A program made the translations under genes and the position numbers. Positions 61,676 to 64,000 of a stretch of DNA of 64,000 bases are shown piece after piece; position 1 is the first letter of the stretch; each line of letters begins with the position of its first letter. The notes beneath the pieces are model-generated. The model had not been told where the DNA came from. It was given only the letters and a program-made list of their open reading frames with translations, and did not search any database. Origin of the DNA: Squalus acanthias (lineage: Eukaryota); NCBI GenBank assembly GCA_030390025.1, contig CM059437.1, positions 54,250,001-54,314,000 of the forward strand, in the 5' to 3' direction.

Positions 61676-64000
61676 GTCAGCGTGTGAGTGAGTGTGTAGC
61701 CATGTGTTGGGCACGTGTGCCTACCATAGGTGAATAGCTGTTAAAAGACTGCGAGGTATGAATGTGAGTTTTAGTAGATGGGCATAGTTGGTGGGGTGAG
61801 TAGATTTTTTTTCTGCAACGTGATCTTATGATCTGTAATTCACTGCCTGAATGGATGGTGGAAGCAGATTCAATGGTAACTTTCAAAATAAAATAGGATA
61901 AATACTTGAAAAGGAAAAATATGTAGGGCTTTGGGGAAGGAGCAGGGGAGCGGGACTAAATGGATAGCACAGGCACGATGCACCAAATGGCCTGCTCTTG
62001 TTCTGTATGATTGTATGATTCTACGATTCAACGATTCTATAGATCACGGACACTTTGTATCAAATAACATGAAGCGGATCTAATAGATTTCTGCTGGAAT
62101 CATAGATCCGTAATATTAACACAGGGTATCGAAGAATGGAAAATGTTCCTTGCTTAGTCTAATTATTGTTGTCCTTTGATCTCGGGGTTTGGGCAACAAT
62201 GGAATGGCCTCAGTTATTGGCCATCACTAGATGCCCTGAGAAATTGGTAGACTGCATTCTGTTTGAAGGTCTGTTTGTCGTGATGATGCTTCCATGCAGG
62301 TATTGGGTCAGTAATCCCAGGTGAATGAACCAGCGACCGATTTAGGATAGTGCATGGCTTGGAGGGCAACCTGGAGGTTACGGTGTTCGCACAACATTGT
62401 TGCTCTGATCCTTCTCAGTGTAGAGGTGGCAGGGAAGACCAGTGCTATCAAATCAACCGTGGTAATTTGCTGTAGTGCTTTTTGTAGATCCTACATACTG
62501 CTGCTAATGATGAGCTATATGACGGGTTCAATGGCAGGAGCACAGTTCAAGCGAACTGTTCTCTTTTGATTGGTGTTGAAGTACTTGTGTATTGTTGAGG
62601 CTGCACGCATCCAGATGGGTGGTGAATATTCCATCACACTGTTCACTTGAGTCGATAGATCTTCAAGAGGCTTCCAGGAGTCACGGAGAACCTAGCCTCA
62701 GCCCTGCTCTTGTAGCCATAGTTTTGCTCCGACTGTTTCTGTTAATCTTCTGGCCTTTCATAACCTACAAGATGTTGATCGTGGGGCCTTTTGGAAGTAT
62801 GATTACAGCTACTGGAGGTATTTTGTTTGTATTCCTCTGAGGTAGGAATTCCTCTGGTCACTGTGTAATGTGATACCCTAAATGTTCGTGAACATTGCCT
62901 CTTGTTTGTCTTGAGAACGGTAGAAGCTTAGGAGACGTTCTTTTAGAAGGATTACGAGTTCACTAGCAATACTGATTGAGAGAATCTTCATCAACGCATT
63001 TACAATGTCCCACAAATCGTGATTAAATCAATTCCTAACCCGCCTGCAAACATGTTGACTGAAGAAGACCGGTGTTAACACAAAGCTAAACTCAGAGCCA
63101 CCAATGCATACTGCACAATTCTCGAACGAAATAAAACTCTCGTCGCTCTCACTTAAACAGTCTTGGTCATGTTCAATACAGATGGAGCTAGAGTCACTAT
63201 TGTTGGCTTACTCTCACTATTTTAGGGACCCAATCTTGCTGACTTCATTAAATCCCACGATTACTTGTAACCCGTGTTATGATTCGTTATTTTCTGCACT
63301 GTACTTGTGAAATATGTAAATGACTGAGAAAATCGTTAATGGCTGTTAAGGCAGAAACATTCTTGCAGGTGAGGATGGGGAGCGTGCTGTGGTTTGGACC
63401 ATCTGTATCTGTATGGGGTTATTCTGTTGTTTTTGTTCTCCTTAACCTAAACATATATTTATATATTCGATTCAGACTGTTCACGTTGTGTTCACATTAT
63501 GTGGTATCCCGGGCGGGGAGAAGATACTACGTGGCTTTCTGTGGTTCGCTTAGGAGGCCAGTTTGAGGGCATACTGAGCTGAGCCGTTGCACTCTTTGAT
63601 GGTCAGACTGCTGCTTGTTACCTTTTAGTATTTTATACGAGATGTACTGCTAGGTTTCAGTGTCTCACTAGCGAAGCACCCTCCTCAAGGAAGCACAGTG
63701 CGTCTGTAGCTTCCCATATTTAAATGCAAATAATGTGCCTCGGAATGAGCATACAACTCTTTTGCTCTGTTTCTCTCTAACATGCTCCATTTCTTTGTTA
63801 TTTGGATAACTTTCGCAGTTTAGTTAAATGTGCTCAACAGCGACTCTATTGGTCAGAGAAGGAACATCTCTTTCAAAGGTATTCCAACTGCAGTGACTCG
63901 AAACAAAATTTTTCGCTGTCTTACTGCACGTGGGTAGTGCAGCTAATTCAATAAAAATAAAATCTAAGGCAAGCATTATCGGTTCATCTTAGTAGGCGGC

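Larger units (their letters stand above)
58797..64000 (+). repeat. Segmental duplicate of the cluster A 3' flank (3906-6608 plus about 10925-13431)
   Basis: Same order and orientation of Harbinger, CR1 tail, non-LTR fragment and unique sequence. The window's last bases TAGTAGGCGGC equal 13421-13431. Confidence 0.92.

Noticed and set aside
1-64000. CRISPR arrays, rRNA, true tRNA genes or prokaryotic operons
   Set aside because: None seen. The DNA is vertebrate, and the only tRNA-like sequence is the SINE head near 46490-46557.

Overview
Repeat-dense vertebrate DNA, almost certainly from a cartilaginous fish (shark-type). It holds two immunoglobulin light-chain miniloci of the shark lambda/type II kind, both on the minus strand, each built as leader exon, germline-joined VJ exon (no RSS) and C exon. 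Cluster A (16719-20537) has an intact C exon, but its VJ carries a +1 frameshift in an A6 run. Cluster B (39575-43666) has an intact leader and VJ with a 5-residue CDR3, but its C exon has a nonsense codon and a 140-bp microhomology-flanked deletion, and both downstream poly(A) signals are gone. The lesions are complementary and the splice phases match, so a VJ(B)-to-C(A) product would be a full in-frame light chain. This is a hypothesis; the sequence alone cannot show it happens. The right end (about 58.8-64 kb) duplicates the 3' flank of cluster A, predicting a third cluster just outside the window. The rest is nested mobile DNA: many CR1 LINE pieces, an L2, another non-LTR family, Harbinger/PIF transposon fossils (transposase plus Myb/SANT gene) and two MITEs, two Penelope-like elements with clear target-site duplications and minimal hammerhead ribozyme motifs, a solo LTR and Deu-domain SINEs. 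All alignments were made by eye, and boundaries of degenerate repeats are approximate.
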